From Sumerlaeia bacterium (GTDB lineage Bacteria; Sumerlaeota; Sumerlaeia; MVZB01): a stretch of 64,000 bases of DNA. Positions 63,543 to 64,000 of the stretch are shown here, piece after piece. The notes under the pieces are model-generated. The model was not told the origin of the DNA, searched no databases, and saw nothing but the letters and a program-made list of their open reading frames with translations. Location: assembly GCA_041687335.1 (NCBI GenBank), contig JAWLCE010000020.1, forward strand, positions 14,202 to 78,201. Reading direction: 5' to 3'. A program made the position numbers and the translations under genes. Position 1 is the first letter of the stretch. Every line of letters begins with the position of its first letter.

Positions 63543-64000
63543 TCAAAAGCTGGGCGGCTGGGGGCGGGCGGAGAGGATGCTCTCCCGCTCGGCCTCGTCG
63601 TAGCCGACGGCCATCAGGCAGAGGCCCTCCGGCGGGGCGCACAGGCTCAGTTGCGGGCGCTCGCCGTGATCGAGGATCCGCAGCAGCCTTTCGCGATCAA
63701 GCAGCCCCTGGCCGACGGCCACCACCGTACCTACCATGAAGCGCACCATATGATGCAGGAAGGAGCGGCACTTGAAGTCAAAGGCCAGCAACTCACCGGC
63801 GCGGGTCAGCTCGGCGCCTTGGAGCGTCAGCACGCTGCGCCGGCTCTGGCAGTGCGCCGAGCGAAAGCCGCTGAAGTCATGCTCGCCGCGCAACAGCTCC
63901 AGCGCCTCGGTCATCGCCGACACGTCGAGCGGGCGCCAGACGTGCCAGGCACGTGGGCCGAGCGGGCGGCGCATCCGCTCGCAAAGGACCTGATAGCGAT
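63543..64000 (-). CDS. truA: tRNA pseudouridine(38-40) synthase, 3' part (5' end outside the window)
   Basis: 'GEHDFSGF', 'FLHHMVRFMVGT', 'APPEGLCL'. Confidence 0.93.
   Translation of the reverse strand, partial: RYQVLCERMRRPLGPRAWHVWRPLDVSAMTEALELLRGEHDFSGFRSAHCQSRRSVLTLQGAELTRAGELLAFDFKCRSFLHHMVRFMVGTVVAVGQGLLDRERLLRILDHGERPQLSLCAPPEGLCLMAVGYDEAERESILSARPQPPSF

Overview
High-GC bacterial chromosome segment, probably Ca. Sumerlaeota (BRC1). That assignment is inferred from my recall of lineage-typical motifs: a 'YLLG..DxNxDGxVDxADL' dockerin-like loop and a C-terminal 'NAAGSWQIYR' tail. Core genes are tolB-pal-ubiA/mqnP, nadA, era-ybeY, yjbQ, msrB, typA, elbB, a rhomboid protease, treY, msrA and truA (partial). 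Three accessory blocks stand out. (1) At 8.7-14.6 kb, a 12-blade Kelch protein and a GntR(YtrA)-ABC module are each bracketed by copies of a ~65-bp palindromic repeat. (2) At 26.3-42.3 kb, two convergent operons encode four GT-C-fold membrane proteins (TIGR03663-NHL, two DUF2298/Chlor_Arch_YYY, one ArnT/PMT-like) and a GT4-methyltransferase fusion, with an epimerase upstream and a divergently transcribed secreted Thr/Pro-rich protein. This is the best candidate for an uncharacterised protein-glycosylation system. (3) At 43.2-56.7 kb, a ~13.4-kb integrase-less island sits at tRNA-Asp(GTC) with a 57-bp att duplication. It carries defence-gene scars, a giant membrane-tethered ECF sigma factor with two matching candidate promoters, and a MerR-HTH/VIT-vWA pair. 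No CRISPR array or rRNA is present. All family assignments come from reading motifs by eye; no database searches were run.
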